Below, in pieces: positions 49,359 to 59,415 of a stretch of 64,000 nt of DNA (positions are counted from its first letter, which is position 1; every line of letters begins with the position of its first letter). The notes under the pieces are model-generated. The model ran no database searches, had not been told where the DNA came from, and was given only the letters and a program-made list of their open reading frames with translations. The position numbers and the translations under genes were made by a program. This stretch comes from an uncultured bacterium (GTDB lineage Bacteria > Patescibacteriota > JACMRA01). The stretch lies in contig CAWAQU010000012.1 in the NCBI GenBank assembly GCA_963784355.1, positions 1 to 64,000 on the forward strand, read 5' to 3'.

Positions 49359-51068
49359 ATGCCAACGACAATATTATATATACTAACTGTTATTTTTGCT
49401 ATATCTTCAGCAGGGCTGGGTTACTATGCTTATGTATTACAAAACAAGCCTAAAAGTAGGGGTGAATTTACTCAAGAGGATCTTGATAAGCTAGTTGAAT
49501 ATAAAAGTAAAAAAATTAAAGAGGAAAAACAATTACAACTCGAAGAATTTAAAGCTGAAATCAAGAAAAATTACACTGATAAAGAAGCTGGATTAAATGA
49601 TGAGATGGAAGCAAGAAATAAAATCTTGTTGGAAAAAATGAAATTAGAAGCTCAAGTACAAATTCAAGAAGAGGAAAAACAGATGAGACAAAGAATACTT
49701 GATTTGCAGGAAAATATTGATAGAAAAGAAAACACACTCAATGCAAAGCTTGAAAAACTTGATGCAGACAAAGAAAAAATGGAGGTTTTAAAGGATGAGC
49801 TTAGAAAAATTAAAGAAGACCTATTGCAAAAAAGAGCTGAGGTAGAGGAAAAGGAAAACAATTTGCAAGTTAAGATGGACCAAAAATTGGAAGAAATTTC
49901 GAGGTTGACACTGGAAGAAGCAAAGAAAAAGATTTTGGAGAGAAGTAAGGAAGAAATGGGTCAGGAACTGCTAGTCTGGCAGCAAAAATTTGTTGATAAA
50001 TATGAGGAAGACGCTAATATACAGGCTAGAGAAATTGTGGCTTTAGCAGTGCAGAGATGTTCGAGTGAAGTATCCAATGAGCTGACAATCACTACTGTCA
50101 AACTTGAGGATGAAGCTGATAAAGGTAAAATTATCGGAAAAGCCGGTAGAAATATCCAGTGGCTAGAGAAGACCTTAGGCGTAGAATTAGTAATTGATGA
50201 AACTCCAGGAGTAGTAACTTTGTCAGGATTTAGTTCAGTCAGAAGACATATTGCTAAAAGAACTTTAGAGATGCTTTTGAAAGATGGGCGTATTCACCCT
50301 GCTAGTATTGAAGATTTTTATGAGAAAGCCAAAGCTGAAATTGCGCAAGAAATTGCCGATGCAGGACAATGGGCTGTAAATGAGCTGGGTATTTATGATT
50401 TTCCGGCAAAATTAGTTAGAATCATTGGAAGGCTTAAATTTAGAACTAGTTATGGTCAAAACATGCTTAAACATAGTGTGGAAATGGCTAAGCTTGCAGG
50501 ATTATTGGCAAGGGACATGAACGAAAGGTTTAACAATAAAGAAAACCCGGTAGATGTAGATATTTGTATTAAAGGAGCATTTTTGCATGATGTGGGCAAA
50601 GCGGTCGATGAAGAGACTATGCCAAAGGGGAACCATATAAACCTAGGTGAGAAAATTTGTGATATGTTTGGCTTGGATTGGAGAATTAAAAAATGTGTAT
50701 CTAGTCATCACGATGAAAGTTATTATGATCCGGAGCATGGCTTTTGTATAGAAGCGGCTTTGGTTGATGCTTGTGATAATATTTCAGGAGGTAGACCAGG
50801 CGCTAGAAAAGAAACGGCAGAGGCTTATTTCCAACGTATGGAAGCTATGGAAAAAATCGCTGAGACCACTCCAGGTGTAAACAAATCTTGGATTATGAGG
50901 GGTAGTAGAGAATTGTGGGTTTTCTTTGATACACAAAAAATCAGTCCAGCACAAATGCATGACACTACTAGGAAAATTGCCAATGAAATACAAGCAGGAG
51001 TACGTTATCCGGGGGAGATTAAAGTGGTTGGACTGTGGGAAGATAAGGTAGTTGAATATGCTGTTTAA
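49359..51068 (+). CDS. rny: Ribonuclease Y
   Basis: N-terminal TM, coiled coil, KH (KGKIIGKAGRNI), DGRIHPA.IE, RTSYGQN.L.HS, LHDVGK. Confidence 0.95.
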   Translation: MPTTILYILTVIFAISSAGLGYYAYVLQNKPKSRGEFTQEDLDKLVEYKSKKIKEEKQLQLEEFKAEIKKNYTDKEAGLNDEMEARNKILLEKMKLEAQVQIQEEEKQMRQRILDLQENIDRKENTLNAKLEKLDADKEKMEVLKDELRKIKEDLLQKRAEVEEKENNLQVKMDQKLEEISRLTLEEAKKKILERSKEEMGQELLVWQQKFVDKYEEDANIQAREIVALAVQRCSSEVSNELTITTVKLEDEADKGKIIGKAGRNIQWLEKTLGVELVIDETPGVVTLSGFSSVRRHIAKRTLEMLLKDGRIHPASIEDFYEKAKAEIAQEIADAGQWAVNELGIYDFPAKLVRIIGRLKFRTSYGQNMLKHSVEMAKLAGLLARDMNERFNNKENPVDVDICIKGAFLHDVGKAVDEETMPKGNHINLGEKICDMFGLDWRIKKCVSSHHDESYYDPEHGFCIEAALVDACDNISGGRPGARKETAEAYFQRMEAMEKIAETTPGVNKSWIMRGSRELWVFFDTQKISPAQMHDTTRKIANEIQAGVRYPGEIKVVGLWEDKVVEYAV

Positions 51069-51137
51069 GTTGAGTATTTGCTTAAACCAATTTTTTGTGC
51101 TATAGAATAAGTCATAACAATTAATGTTTACAAAGTT

Positions 51138-51776
51138 ATGAACTTTTTTAACGGTACAAATGCAAAGAAAACATCTAACACAGGCAATTCTGTAATTGAC
51201 GTAACTACTAGTCAAACAATCGGAAGTGACGCAGACTGGAAAAAAAATAATTTGAGTTGGGCTGAATCATCCAATGGAACTCAGACAGATAGTAAGAAAA
51301 TTATAGTTGAAGAGGATTATTTTGATTCCGAATCAGTACCTCAAGTTAAAGATTTGATAAATCCTAACCAAGAAAGAAGCATTGCCTCAATTTTTGGAGG
51401 GAATTATAGTGGCTCTAACCAAAAAACTGTTATAGTTGCTTTAGTTGAAGCATTGGAAATATTTCCTACCCCTGTTGAAATTGCAAGACAGAGAGATATT
51501 CACGAACAAAATATTGCCAAACTCCAAAAGGCAAAAACAGTTTTATCTGCGGTTAGTACAATTGATCAAAATGTAAATACTGATGCTGTAAAAGCGTATA
51601 CTGCTACAGAAGCTGCTTTAAATGAAGCAATCAACATCAGAGATGAATTTGAATCTAAGCTAAGATCGCAAAGCCAATCAATTAAGCAACTTATTGCAAA
51701 TTGTGGAAATACACCTGAAAACGAAGCTAGAGCACAAGCAATTGTAGGTTTGTACGAGTTTAATGAAGTTACCTAG
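51138..51776 (+). CDS. Hypothetical coiled-coil protein (paralog of 15868-16623)
   Basis: Shared motifs with 15868-16623. Confidence 0.7.
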   Translation: MNFFNGTNAKKTSNTGNSVIDVTTSQTIGSDADWKKNNLSWAESSNGTQTDSKKIIVEEDYFDSESVPQVKDLINPNQERSIASIFGGNYSGSNQKTVIVALVEALEIFPTPVEIARQRDIHEQNIAKLQKAKTVLSAVSTIDQNVNTDAVKAYTATEAALNEAINIRDEFESKLRSQSQSIKQLIANCGNTPENEARAQAIVGLYEFNEVT

Positions 51777-51821
51777 TTTTGCTAAACAAATTCTTAAAGT
51801 AACGTTTTTAACAACAAAGAG

Positions 51822-51844
51822 TCCCGGTTATTACCGGGGTTTTT
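51822..51844. terminator. Intrinsic terminator between convergent genes
   Basis: CCCGGT-TATT-ACCGGG hairpin followed by a T-run. Confidence 0.65.
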
Positions 51845-51859
51845 AGGTGTGGAATTTAT

Positions 51860-52243
51860 TTATCTATTCCCTGTAGAAATTTTTCCGGGTTTTCTTACGT
51901 CAATTATGGGTAGTCTTAATAAGCTAAATAAAAATAATCCTGTAAAAGTAATATGAATTAGCAAGATAATAAATGAACTATTTTCTTTTTCCACTATGAG
52001 ATTTAGCATTTTAGCCAAAGTTGTAGTTATGTGTAGGCAAAAAAATACTGTAATTGCCAGTCTGTGGACGACTATATTGTCTTTACCTGCAGCTAGGAGG
52101 CTGAAGATACCCAAGCTAAGAACAGGTGCCCACAAACTGTAATCCTTTAGGAATAAAAATGTAAATATAGCAATAGCGATTTCGAAAACTCCGTTAACTA
52201 CTAATAAAGTTTTAGTAAATACGTTATTTGTTGAATTTAGCAT
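51860..52243 (-). CDS. Small 4-TM membrane protein
   Basis: Hydrophobic ORF at the end of the flavinylation operon. Confidence 0.6.
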   Translation of the reverse strand: MLNSTNNVFTKTLLVVNGVFEIAIAIFTFLFLKDYSLWAPVLSLGIFSLLAAGKDNIVVHRLAITVFFCLHITTTLAKMLNLIVEKENSSFIILLIHITFTGLFLFSLLRLPIIDVRKPGKISTGNR

Positions 52244-52850
52244 ATGCCAGAGAAGATATTTGTAATGCCCCGAAAATTAATAAAAGTACGGCTGTGAGAG
52301 AAATTTCACGTAATGCAACATGAAGGAAAATAGTCCAAATAATTATATAGACAAGCATATGAAGTCTGCCCCACCACTTTTTTAGTTTTCTTTTTGCCCA
52401 GGTATTTGAAGTTAGAAACAGAGGAAAGGATAGATATAATGATGCAACTCCAAGTAATTCAAATAGTCTAAGGGTGGTAGGCAAAGTACCTAAAGCCAAG
52501 ATAGGTAAAATAAAGACAAGTAAATAATGTCCTACTGCCAATAAAAACATTAAAATTCCCAATTGAGCTCTGGAATACATTAATAAGCTTTGTACTTTGT
52601 TTAAAATACCGGAAGCTTTAAATCTTCTAAGTACACCTGGAGTACCGGCTAATATAAAAGTAAATGCAGCTAGGTTACCTAAAAGCTTACCAAATTCATA
52701 CTCATCTTTCAAAATAAAAGGAATGAAAATGATCAAAGCAACGCTTAAATAAATCAAAATTTTAACGAAAGATTTGAAATTATCTTTATTCCAAAAGTCA
52801 GGCATATGTAAGCTTATTATTATAGCTAATGTTAAGTTAAATCTGAACAC
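52224..52850 (-). CDS. Ferric reductase-like (MsrQ/YedZ-like) transmembrane protein
   Basis: RAQLGI..F....HY, LFLTSN....RKL..WW.RLH.LVY.....FLH. Confidence 0.85.
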   Translation of the reverse strand: MFRFNLTLAIIISLHMPDFWNKDNFKSFVKILIYLSVALIIFIPFILKDEYEFGKLLGNLAAFTFILAGTPGVLRRFKASGILNKVQSLLMYSRAQLGILMFLLAVGHYLLVFILPILALGTLPTTLRLFELLGVASLYLSFPLFLTSNTWAKRKLKKWWGRLHMLVYIIIWTIFLHVALREISLTAVLLLIFGALQISSLAYAKFNK

Positions 52851-52864
52851 TTACTCGATTTATG

Positions 52865-53833
52865 TCAACTGATTAACTCGCCCGGATAATTATCAGATTT
52901 TCTATAACTGCCATCTGAGTAAACTATTAAATACTCAGTCTGTAATGTTGCAGCAATTTCCACATATTGAGTTTCGGGGCAAATAAATAAGCAGGTTGAA
53001 GCTACATCTGCTTGGAGTGTGCTACTAGCATAGGTAAAGACAGCAGCTATTTGATCTATTACTCTACTTTGGTCTAATGGATTGATGAGATGATGATTTT
53101 GTCCAAACTTTCTACGATTACTACTAGAACAAGCCACCGCAGAATTTGCCAGTTCTACACTTCCGATAACTTCCTCAAAATTAAAAGGATTCTCTAACCA
53201 GATTTTCTCTTTTTCCAGTCCAAGTCCGGTGGTAAAAATATCTCCACCACCATTTATAGTATAAAATTTATGACCCTTCTCTATTAAAAATTTACTTAAT
53301 TTATCTACTAACCAACCTTTACCCAGCCCACCTAAATCCAATTTTACTTCATTAGATATTCGAATTTCATTGCATGTTAAATTTAATAAATTTTCGTCGA
53401 GATATTGTGACAAAACTAAATCATCAGGTTTCTTAATAAATAAAGTGCTATTTTCTGGTTTGAACTCTCTAGTTTTTCTTAAATTTTGATCATATTTCTC
53501 ATCATACCCTATGTTTTCCATCAAGTGGCCAATGAAAATGTCAAAGTAACCTCTGGTAAGTTGTTTTATTTGTTGACCATAAATAATCATTTCAACCAGC
53601 TCTATAGGAAAAGAGCCCAGTATTTTTGCTTGGTTTAATCTACCAACTAAACTGTTTGTATTGAATCTAGAATACAACTCTTCAAAATTGAAGATCATGC
53701 GAGAAAGCTCAGATTTTAGTCCACTCCATGCTTTTGGAGTAATAGAGTCGTAGAGGTAGACATGCCAAATGGTTCCTAGGGCCTCTAGCTTAAGTACATG
53801 AGCATTATGACTTGGCTTGTGTCTTGATATCAT
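52865..53833 (-). CDS. apbE: FAD:protein FMN transferase ApbE
   Basis: ALGT, YSRF..NS, T.GYFD, LDLGGLGKGWLVD, NGGGDI, HHLINP, ADVAST. Confidence 0.9.
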   Translation of the reverse strand: MISRHKPSHNAHVLKLEALGTIWHVYLYDSITPKAWSGLKSELSRMIFNFEELYSRFNTNSLVGRLNQAKILGSFPIELVEMIIYGQQIKQLTRGYFDIFIGHLMENIGYDEKYDQNLRKTREFKPENSTLFIKKPDDLVLSQYLDENLLNLTCNEIRISNEVKLDLGGLGKGWLVDKLSKFLIEKGHKFYTINGGGDIFTTGLGLEKEKIWLENPFNFEEVIGSVELANSAVACSSSNRRKFGQNHHLINPLDQSRVIDQIAAVFTYASSTLQADVASTCLFICPETQYVEIAATLQTEYLIVYSDGSYRKSDNYPGELIS

Positions 53834-54347
53834 TTAATGCTGCATTGAATCCTTTGGGTGTGAGAGAGGAGCCATTTAATTTACCAATTTTAACCTCATC
53901 AAGCTTTGTACCTTTAACCTGATTTACAATGTCTTTTCTAAATTTATTTTGGTAAGTAAGTGAGACAGACTCTTCAGCCTTAGGAAAAACTTCTACATTT
54001 TGTACAATGTCATTCTCTAAAACAAGTTTTAAACCAATTTCTTCTGTGCCGGCCGGAGAAGTATAGCTTCCCATTGCGTCGTAAGTGCCATTTTTATAAC
54101 TCAGAGGCTCGGGATTGTTTTTACTAGTGTTTGGATCAATATTTGCTGAACTTGTTGTACTTGCAATAGTAGATGACTGAATTGTGCTTTGTTGTTGGCT
54201 TGTTTCACTTTTAGTTTGGGTTGAATTAGAATTTGAAGGTTTGGCGGAGTTCAAATTAGAATTTAATCCAGTAGCAACTATAAATGCTGCAATCAAGACA
54301 AATAATCCAAGGCTCAAAGAAACAAGTACAGATTTTTTGGGAGACAT
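53805..54347 (-). CDS. Membrane-anchored FMN-binding (flavinylation substrate) protein
   Basis: YKNGTY...GSY.SPAG.E, GSSLT.KGFNAAL..IK.QA. Confidence 0.8.
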   Translation of the reverse strand: MSPKKSVLVSLSLGLFVLIAAFIVATGLNSNLNSAKPSNSNSTQTKSETSQQQSTIQSSTIASTTSSANIDPNTSKNNPEPLSYKNGTYDAMGSYTSPAGTEEIGLKLVLENDIVQNVEVFPKAEESVSLTYQNKFRKDIVNQVKGTKLDEVKIGKLNGSSLTPKGFNAALNDIKTQAKS

Positions 54348-54368
54348 AAATATATTTTAATAATAAAA

Positions 54369-55457
54369 TTAAGCTTTTATCCATTGATTTTCACCAATAT
54401 TTTGAGCCAAGCCGGATAGTTCAAGTAGACTTAAAATTACTGAAAGTTCATTTGTACTAAAACCTAACTCTCTACTAATATCTTCAATGTTTTGCGGGAT
54501 TAAGTTCAACTTTTGATATACCCTTTCTTCGTCCTTATTGTCAAATACCGGATCCGCTTCGGTATTTATTGTATAGCTATAGGTACTTAAACCAAGTAAT
54601 TGCAGTATATCTTGATATTCAGAAATTATATTAGCACCGTTTTTAATCAACTCCAAGTTGCCGAAATAACTATCTTCCAAAATTGAAGCTGGGGTAGTAG
54701 CTACAGTTTTTCCTAGATCTCTGGCTAGTCCTGACGTGATTAAAGTGCCGGATTTCAAACTGGCTTGCACAATCCAAGTGATTTCACTGAGAGCTGCCAA
54801 AATCCTGTTTCTTCTTGGAAAATTATACACTGTGGCTTTTGTCTGTGGTGGATATTCACTTAATACCAACCCTCCATTTTGGACTATTTGTTTTTTCAAA
54901 GTTAGATTTTGTACAGGGTAAAACACATCATCATTAATCCCGGAACCAATTACTGCGATAGTGGGAGCTTTATTATCTAGCGCAATTTTATGTGACAAAC
55001 CATCTATACCGAGTGCTAAGCCGGAAACTACACCTATCCCAGCCTGACAAGCTGGTTTCAATATCTGGTTCATAACAATCTCAGAATACTTACTATATTT
55101 TCTGGAGCCTACTACTGTGATCATTTCCTGACTTTTTACCAAATCCAAATTACCTTGATAATATAAAACTATTGGTAAATCATCTAAAATATTCAATTTT
55201 TTGGGAAAGGTGTTATCTAAAAAAGTAACAATTTGCATGTCATAATTTTCCAGTTCACTCTGAAATTTAGCTACTTCCAGATGATAGTTTTGATTGCCGG
55301 GCCACCTCTCAAGCCATTTAGGAGAGCCTAATTTTGCAAAATTGTCTTCAACTGCAAAACCCAAATTTTCGTACTGATTAAAAATTTCATTTACTTTGAC
55401 TTTATTTAGATTTACTTTTGTGCAAAGCCAAGCCAATAGCAAAGATTCGGAAAACAT
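54369..55457 (-). CDS. dprA: DNA processing protein DprA
   Basis: VVGSRK.S.Y, VVSGLALGID, SEYP, NFPRRNRI, SGTLIT. Confidence 0.93.
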   Translation of the reverse strand: MFSESLLLAWLCTKVNLNKVKVNEIFNQYENLGFAVEDNFAKLGSPKWLERWPGNQNYHLEVAKFQSELENYDMQIVTFLDNTFPKKLNILDDLPIVLYYQGNLDLVKSQEMITVVGSRKYSKYSEIVMNQILKPACQAGIGVVSGLALGIDGLSHKIALDNKAPTIAVIGSGINDDVFYPVQNLTLKKQIVQNGGLVLSEYPPQTKATVYNFPRRNRILAALSEITWIVQASLKSGTLITSGLARDLGKTVATTPASILEDSYFGNLELIKNGANIISEYQDILQLLGLSTYSYTINTEADPVFDNKDEERVYQKLNLIPQNIEDISRELGFSTNELSVILSLLELSGLAQNIGENQWIKA

Positions 55458-55563
55458 GAGATTAAAATCTCTGAAACAGCTATTTTAGTCAAGGTTTCGG
55501 ATACCATAAACATTTCACAAGAAGAAAATAGACAAAATTCAATAGAAATATAAAAGTTTTTAC

Positions 55564-56376
55564 ATGCTTAAAACTATGGGCAATTTTGAGGAAATCAGGC
55601 TTTTAGCTAATATTTTAGGTATTGATGTAAAAGATGTTTTTGTTAGGCAAACTAAAATTACTAAAAAACAACAAAATGAGTTTGAAAAGAAAAAAGCAAA
55701 ATTGAAAGAGGGCTATCCTTTGGATTATTTACTTAAAAGTACAAAAATTGATGAACTAAACTTAACACTAAACCCGAATGTATTGATACCAAGACCTGAA
55801 ACTGAAGAATGGCTGAAATGGTTTGAAGTAAATTTTACACAAAAAACAGACACCAAAGAAATAATTTTATTAGATATCGGAACCGGGAGTGGTTTGATAG
55901 GGCTTAGTTTAGCAAAATATTTTAAAACTGTGGTACTTACAGATTTTTCTTTAAAAGCACTTAACGTAGCCAAAGAAAATGCTGCTGCTAATAAAATTGA
56001 AAATACGGTTTTCTTGAAATCAAATTTACTATCAAGCAAAAAATTAAAGCCGATTTTTTCTCAAACCTGGATTTTACTCGCTAATCTACCTTATTTACCG
56101 GAAAATACAAGATCCCTAGCCAAGCAAAACAAAGTAAATTATGAACCGGAAATGGCTTTATATTCAGGTAAAGAGGGACTAGATTTGTTTGAAATACTCA
56201 TTGAACAGCTACAAATAATCAATACAGAATACGACAATTTACCTATATTTGCAGGGTTTGAACTTGACCCGGGTAATATCCTAAAAGCTGAGAAAACACT
56301 CCAAAAAATTTATTTAAACACGGAGATAGTGAAAGATTTGAATGGTTTGCCCAGATTTTTGACTGGTAAAATTTGA
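55564..56376 (+). CDS. prmC: Release-factor glutamine methyltransferase PrmC/HemK
   Basis: PLDY, VLIPRPETE, DIGTGSG, ANLPY, EP.MALYSG.EGL. Confidence 0.9.
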   Translation: MLKTMGNFEEIRLLANILGIDVKDVFVRQTKITKKQQNEFEKKKAKLKEGYPLDYLLKSTKIDELNLTLNPNVLIPRPETEEWLKWFEVNFTQKTDTKEIILLDIGTGSGLIGLSLAKYFKTVVLTDFSLKALNVAKENAAANKIENTVFLKSNLLSSKKLKPIFSQTWILLANLPYLPENTRSLAKQNKVNYEPEMALYSGKEGLDLFEILIEQLQIINTEYDNLPIFAGFELDPGNILKAEKTLQKIYLNTEIVKDLNGLPRFLTGKI

Positions 56377-56432
56377 CAATATGTGCTAAAATGAATTGAA
56401 GAGTAGGTAATAATCTAAGCTTTACAAGCTAT

Positions 56433-56951
56433 ATGACTCAAGAAGTACAAGAAAGCATAACTAATTTTTTACATTTACTAATAGATCCATTAACTTCAGA
56501 ATTTGAGGTAAAGATTGAGCGGGAAGGGGATCAGTGGAGGGTAAGCTTATTAGTTTCTAATCCTGAAAATGTAATTGGAGAAGAAGGGGAGATATTGCGT
56601 TCAATCCAGCATATTTTAAGAGTTTTAGTTCACAGAAAAAATATAGAAGACCGTAGTCATTTTTTGTTAGATATCAATAACTATCGTAGAGAAAGAGAAG
56701 CCGCGGTTAGTAGTAAAATACCTGAAATAGCTCAAAATGAAGTACTAACTCAAGGAAATACAGTTATCTTAGTTGGTTTATCAGGTTATGAAAGATTGCA
56801 AGTGCACCGCATTTTGGCTGATATTAAAGGCTTAAATACTAGTAGTGTAGGTCCTGAAGATAATCGAAAATTGTTGATTATGCCGACTTCTGAGACTGGC
56901 TCAACTAGTATGGATAAAGCAAAGATTATTAACATCAATCAAATTAAATAA
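56433..56951 (+). CDS. Jag/KhpB-like KH-R3H RNA-binding protein
   Basis: IGEEGEILRSIQH, DINNYR.ERE, YERLQVH, S.G..DNR. Confidence 0.85.
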   Translation: MTQEVQESITNFLHLLIDPLTSEFEVKIEREGDQWRVSLLVSNPENVIGEEGEILRSIQHILRVLVHRKNIEDRSHFLLDINNYRREREAAVSSKIPEIAQNEVLTQGNTVILVGLSGYERLQVHRILADIKGLNTSSVGPEDNRKLLIMPTSETGSTSMDKAKIININQIK

Positions 56952-56961
56952 ATTATACATT

Positions 56962-57369
56962 ATGCAGTCAGCTTCCTTTATTGATAAATTAGCTTGGGTT
57001 TATTTGCAAGACAGGAAAATTTTGATTACAAGGTCCAAGGGTAAGGATACTTATTATATTCCCGGTGGCAAGAGAGAAAATGGGGAAACTGATTTGCAAG
57101 CCCTAACAAGAGAAGTAAAGGAAGAGTTAAATGTTGAGTTAGTTCAGGATACTATTAAATTTATGGGCGTTTTTGAAGCCCAGGCTCATGGTAAACCTGA
57201 AGGAACGATCGTCAGAATGACTTGTTATACAGGTGATTATCTTGGTCAACTTTTTGCTAGTTCGGAAATTGAGGAAATTGCTTGGTTCAAAACAGCTGAT
57301 AAAGAAAAAACCTCTCTAGTGGATCACCTTATCTTTGATTTTTTGCATACCAAGGATTTGATTGACTAA
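56962..57369 (+). CDS. NUDIX hydrolase
   Basis: PGGKRENGETDLQALTREVKEEL. Confidence 0.92.
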   Translation: MQSASFIDKLAWVYLQDRKILITRSKGKDTYYIPGGKRENGETDLQALTREVKEELNVELVQDTIKFMGVFEAQAHGKPEGTIVRMTCYTGDYLGQLFASSEIEEIAWFKTADKEKTSLVDHLIFDFLHTKDLID

Positions 57370-57488
57370 TTAAAATACTCACCACATCTTTTAAATTTGC
57401 ATCATAATAATTGCATTTTCTACTAAGCTGATTTTTTGAGTGAAATAAAAGAATTGACAAATCAGACTAAACCGAAAATCATGCGTAT

Positions 57489-58121
57489 ATGAATCTTGAA
57501 CATATACTTACTAGTATTGGCTATGTAGGCATATTTGCTATTATTTTTGCAGAAAGCGGTCTTTTGATAGGGTTTTTTCTTCCGGGGGATAGCTTGCTTT
57601 TTACAGCAGGGTTTTTGGCATCTAGAGGATTTTTCAATATCCAAATTTTATTGGTAATAATTTTTTTGGCTGCTTGTTTAGGTGATTCAGTAGGGTATGG
57701 TTTTGGTAGAAGAGTGGGTAGAAAATTGTTTAATAAAACCGATTCAGTTTTTTTTCATAAAGAAAATCTTTTAAAAGCAGAAGAATTCTATGAAAAACAT
57801 GGTAAATTAACTATAATTCTGGCTAGATTTTTGCCGGTAGTGCGTACATTTGCTCCAATTGTGGCTGGTATGGGAAAAATGGAATATAGAGTATTTCTAG
57901 CTTACAATTTGGTTGGTGGACTTGTTTGGGGCGTAGGTTTGACAGCTTTGGGGTATTTTTTGGGCAGCAAGATATCTGATATTGATAAGTATTTGTTACC
58001 TATTGTCTTATTTATATTGTTTATTTCAATCGCTCCAAGTGCTTATCATTTACTAAAAGACGAGAATAATCGCCGTCAGATTTTGAACTATTTTAAACAA
58101 TTATTTAAAAATAAAAACTAG
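57489..58121 (+). CDS. DedA family membrane protein
   Basis: FAESGLLIGFFLPGDSLLF.AG, ARFLPVVRTFAPIVAG. Confidence 0.93.
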   Translation: MNLEHILTSIGYVGIFAIIFAESGLLIGFFLPGDSLLFTAGFLASRGFFNIQILLVIIFLAACLGDSVGYGFGRRVGRKLFNKTDSVFFHKENLLKAEEFYEKHGKLTIILARFLPVVRTFAPIVAGMGKMEYRVFLAYNLVGGLVWGVGLTALGYFLGSKISDIDKYLLPIVLFILFISIAPSAYHLLKDENNRRQILNYFKQLFKNKN

Positions 58122-58173
58122 TACAAAATTTAGTAGTTTCAATTTTCTACAAACAAAAACTTAATAAAAATAT

Positions 58174-58896
58174 ATGGATGGCAGAGATAAAGTAGTTTTA
58201 CCACAAAAATTTAGATTTTTTAAAACAGTTCAAGTACTTGAGATAAAAACAGTCATAGGATTACTGCTCACTCTGTTTTGGTCTTTTTTGTTTTATAGAC
58301 TTACTAGGGAAGTATGGGAAAAAGAAACACTAAGTTTTGATGTTTCAGTTTCAGAGTATGTTTACAAGTTAAGAACATCTGAGCTAGATGTTTTTTTGAA
58401 ATTCATAACTAATTTTGGGGGGATTTATCTTGTATTTTTTACCATAGCTATCGTGTCAGCCTTGGCAATAAAAAAGCAATATTTAAAGGCTGTGTGGTTT
58501 AGTTTACCTATCGAAATTTCCTTCATAATTAATTTAATTTTAAAACAGGTAGTAGGTAGAAGTAGACCCACAATATCTCAAATAATAACTGAGACGGATT
58601 TTAGCTTTCCCTCAGGGCATAGTTCGGCTTCAGTAATATTTTATTCCATGCTAGTGGCCTTGATATTTAAATTAACAAAGAATCTAACAATCAGAATTTT
58701 ATCAACTTTCTTTTTCGCTATTTTAGTTTTATTAATCTTGTTCAGCAGACTGTATTTAGGTGTGCACTATCTTACCGATATTATTGGAGGTGCAGTGCAA
58801 AGTCTAATTGTAATTTTATTATTTTGGAACATAAGTAGATTTCACAAAAAAAAGCCTTTTGATAGTCCGATTAATAATACTGGAGGCAAAGCCTAA
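58174..58896 (+). CDS. PAP2 family phosphatase (undecaprenyl-PP phosphatase-like)
   Basis: K...GRSRP, SFPSGH, SRLYLGVHY.TD. Confidence 0.9.
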   Translation: MDGRDKVVLPQKFRFFKTVQVLEIKTVIGLLLTLFWSFLFYRLTREVWEKETLSFDVSVSEYVYKLRTSELDVFLKFITNFGGIYLVFFTIAIVSALAIKKQYLKAVWFSLPIEISFIINLILKQVVGRSRPTISQIITETDFSFPSGHSSASVIFYSMLVALIFKLTKNLTIRILSTFFFAILVLLILFSRLYLGVHYLTDIIGGAVQSLIVILLFWNISRFHKKKPFDSPINNTGGKA

Positions 58897-58947
58897 ACTG
58901 ATCAACAATCTAACTTTAATTTGATATTCTCAACTTTATGAGAGCAC

Positions 58948-58971
58948 TTGACAAAATGCAACTTAGTTGCA
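58948..58971 (+). promoter_or_regulatory. -35 box plus 7-1-7 palindrome (putative Zur box)
   Basis: TTGACA 58948; TGCAACT-T-AGTTGCA 58957-58971 directly upstream of zur-znu. Confidence 0.7.
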
Positions 58972-58981
58972 ATAAAAAAGT

Positions 58982-59386
58982 ATGATTTTTGAAGAGTTGT
59001 TGGCTTTTTTAAAAGCTAAAAATTACAGATCAAGCAAAACTAGAGAGGTTATATTGGCCTATTTAATCAATACAAAGTCACCTGTATCAGTAAGTGAGCT
59101 GTTGGAAATTTTTCAGAACAAGCCAAATAAAACTACTGTGTATAGAGAAATTAATATTTTAATTAGTAACAATATATTGAAGGAATTGGATTTTGGTGAA
59201 GGTAAAAAAAGATACGAACTTAAAGATCACCATCACCATTTAGTTTGTAAAATATGTAAAAAAATTGAATGCATAGCTGTAGAACCAAACTTAAGAGACT
59301 TTCAAAACAATCTAGAAAAGTTAACAAATTTTAAAATAGAAGAGCATTTACTGGAATTTTTTGGATACTGCCAGCTTTGCAGATAA
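58982..59386 (+). CDS. zur: Fur-family regulator, probably Zur
   Basis: TTVYR, HHHHLVC.IC, FFGYC..C; heads the Zn ABC operon. Confidence 0.8.
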   Translation: MIFEELLAFLKAKNYRSSKTREVILAYLINTKSPVSVSELLEIFQNKPNKTTVYREINILISNNILKELDFGEGKKRYELKDHHHHLVCKICKKIECIAVEPNLRDFQNNLEKLTNFKIEEHLLEFFGYCQLCR

Positions 59387-59415
59387 TATCAATCTGTTAA
59401 ATTTAGCTTCCCATT

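Noticed and set aside
57398-57415. Second Zur box upstream of dedA (TGCA...TGCA)
   Set aside because: Spacing and inner bases do not match the 7-1-7 palindrome
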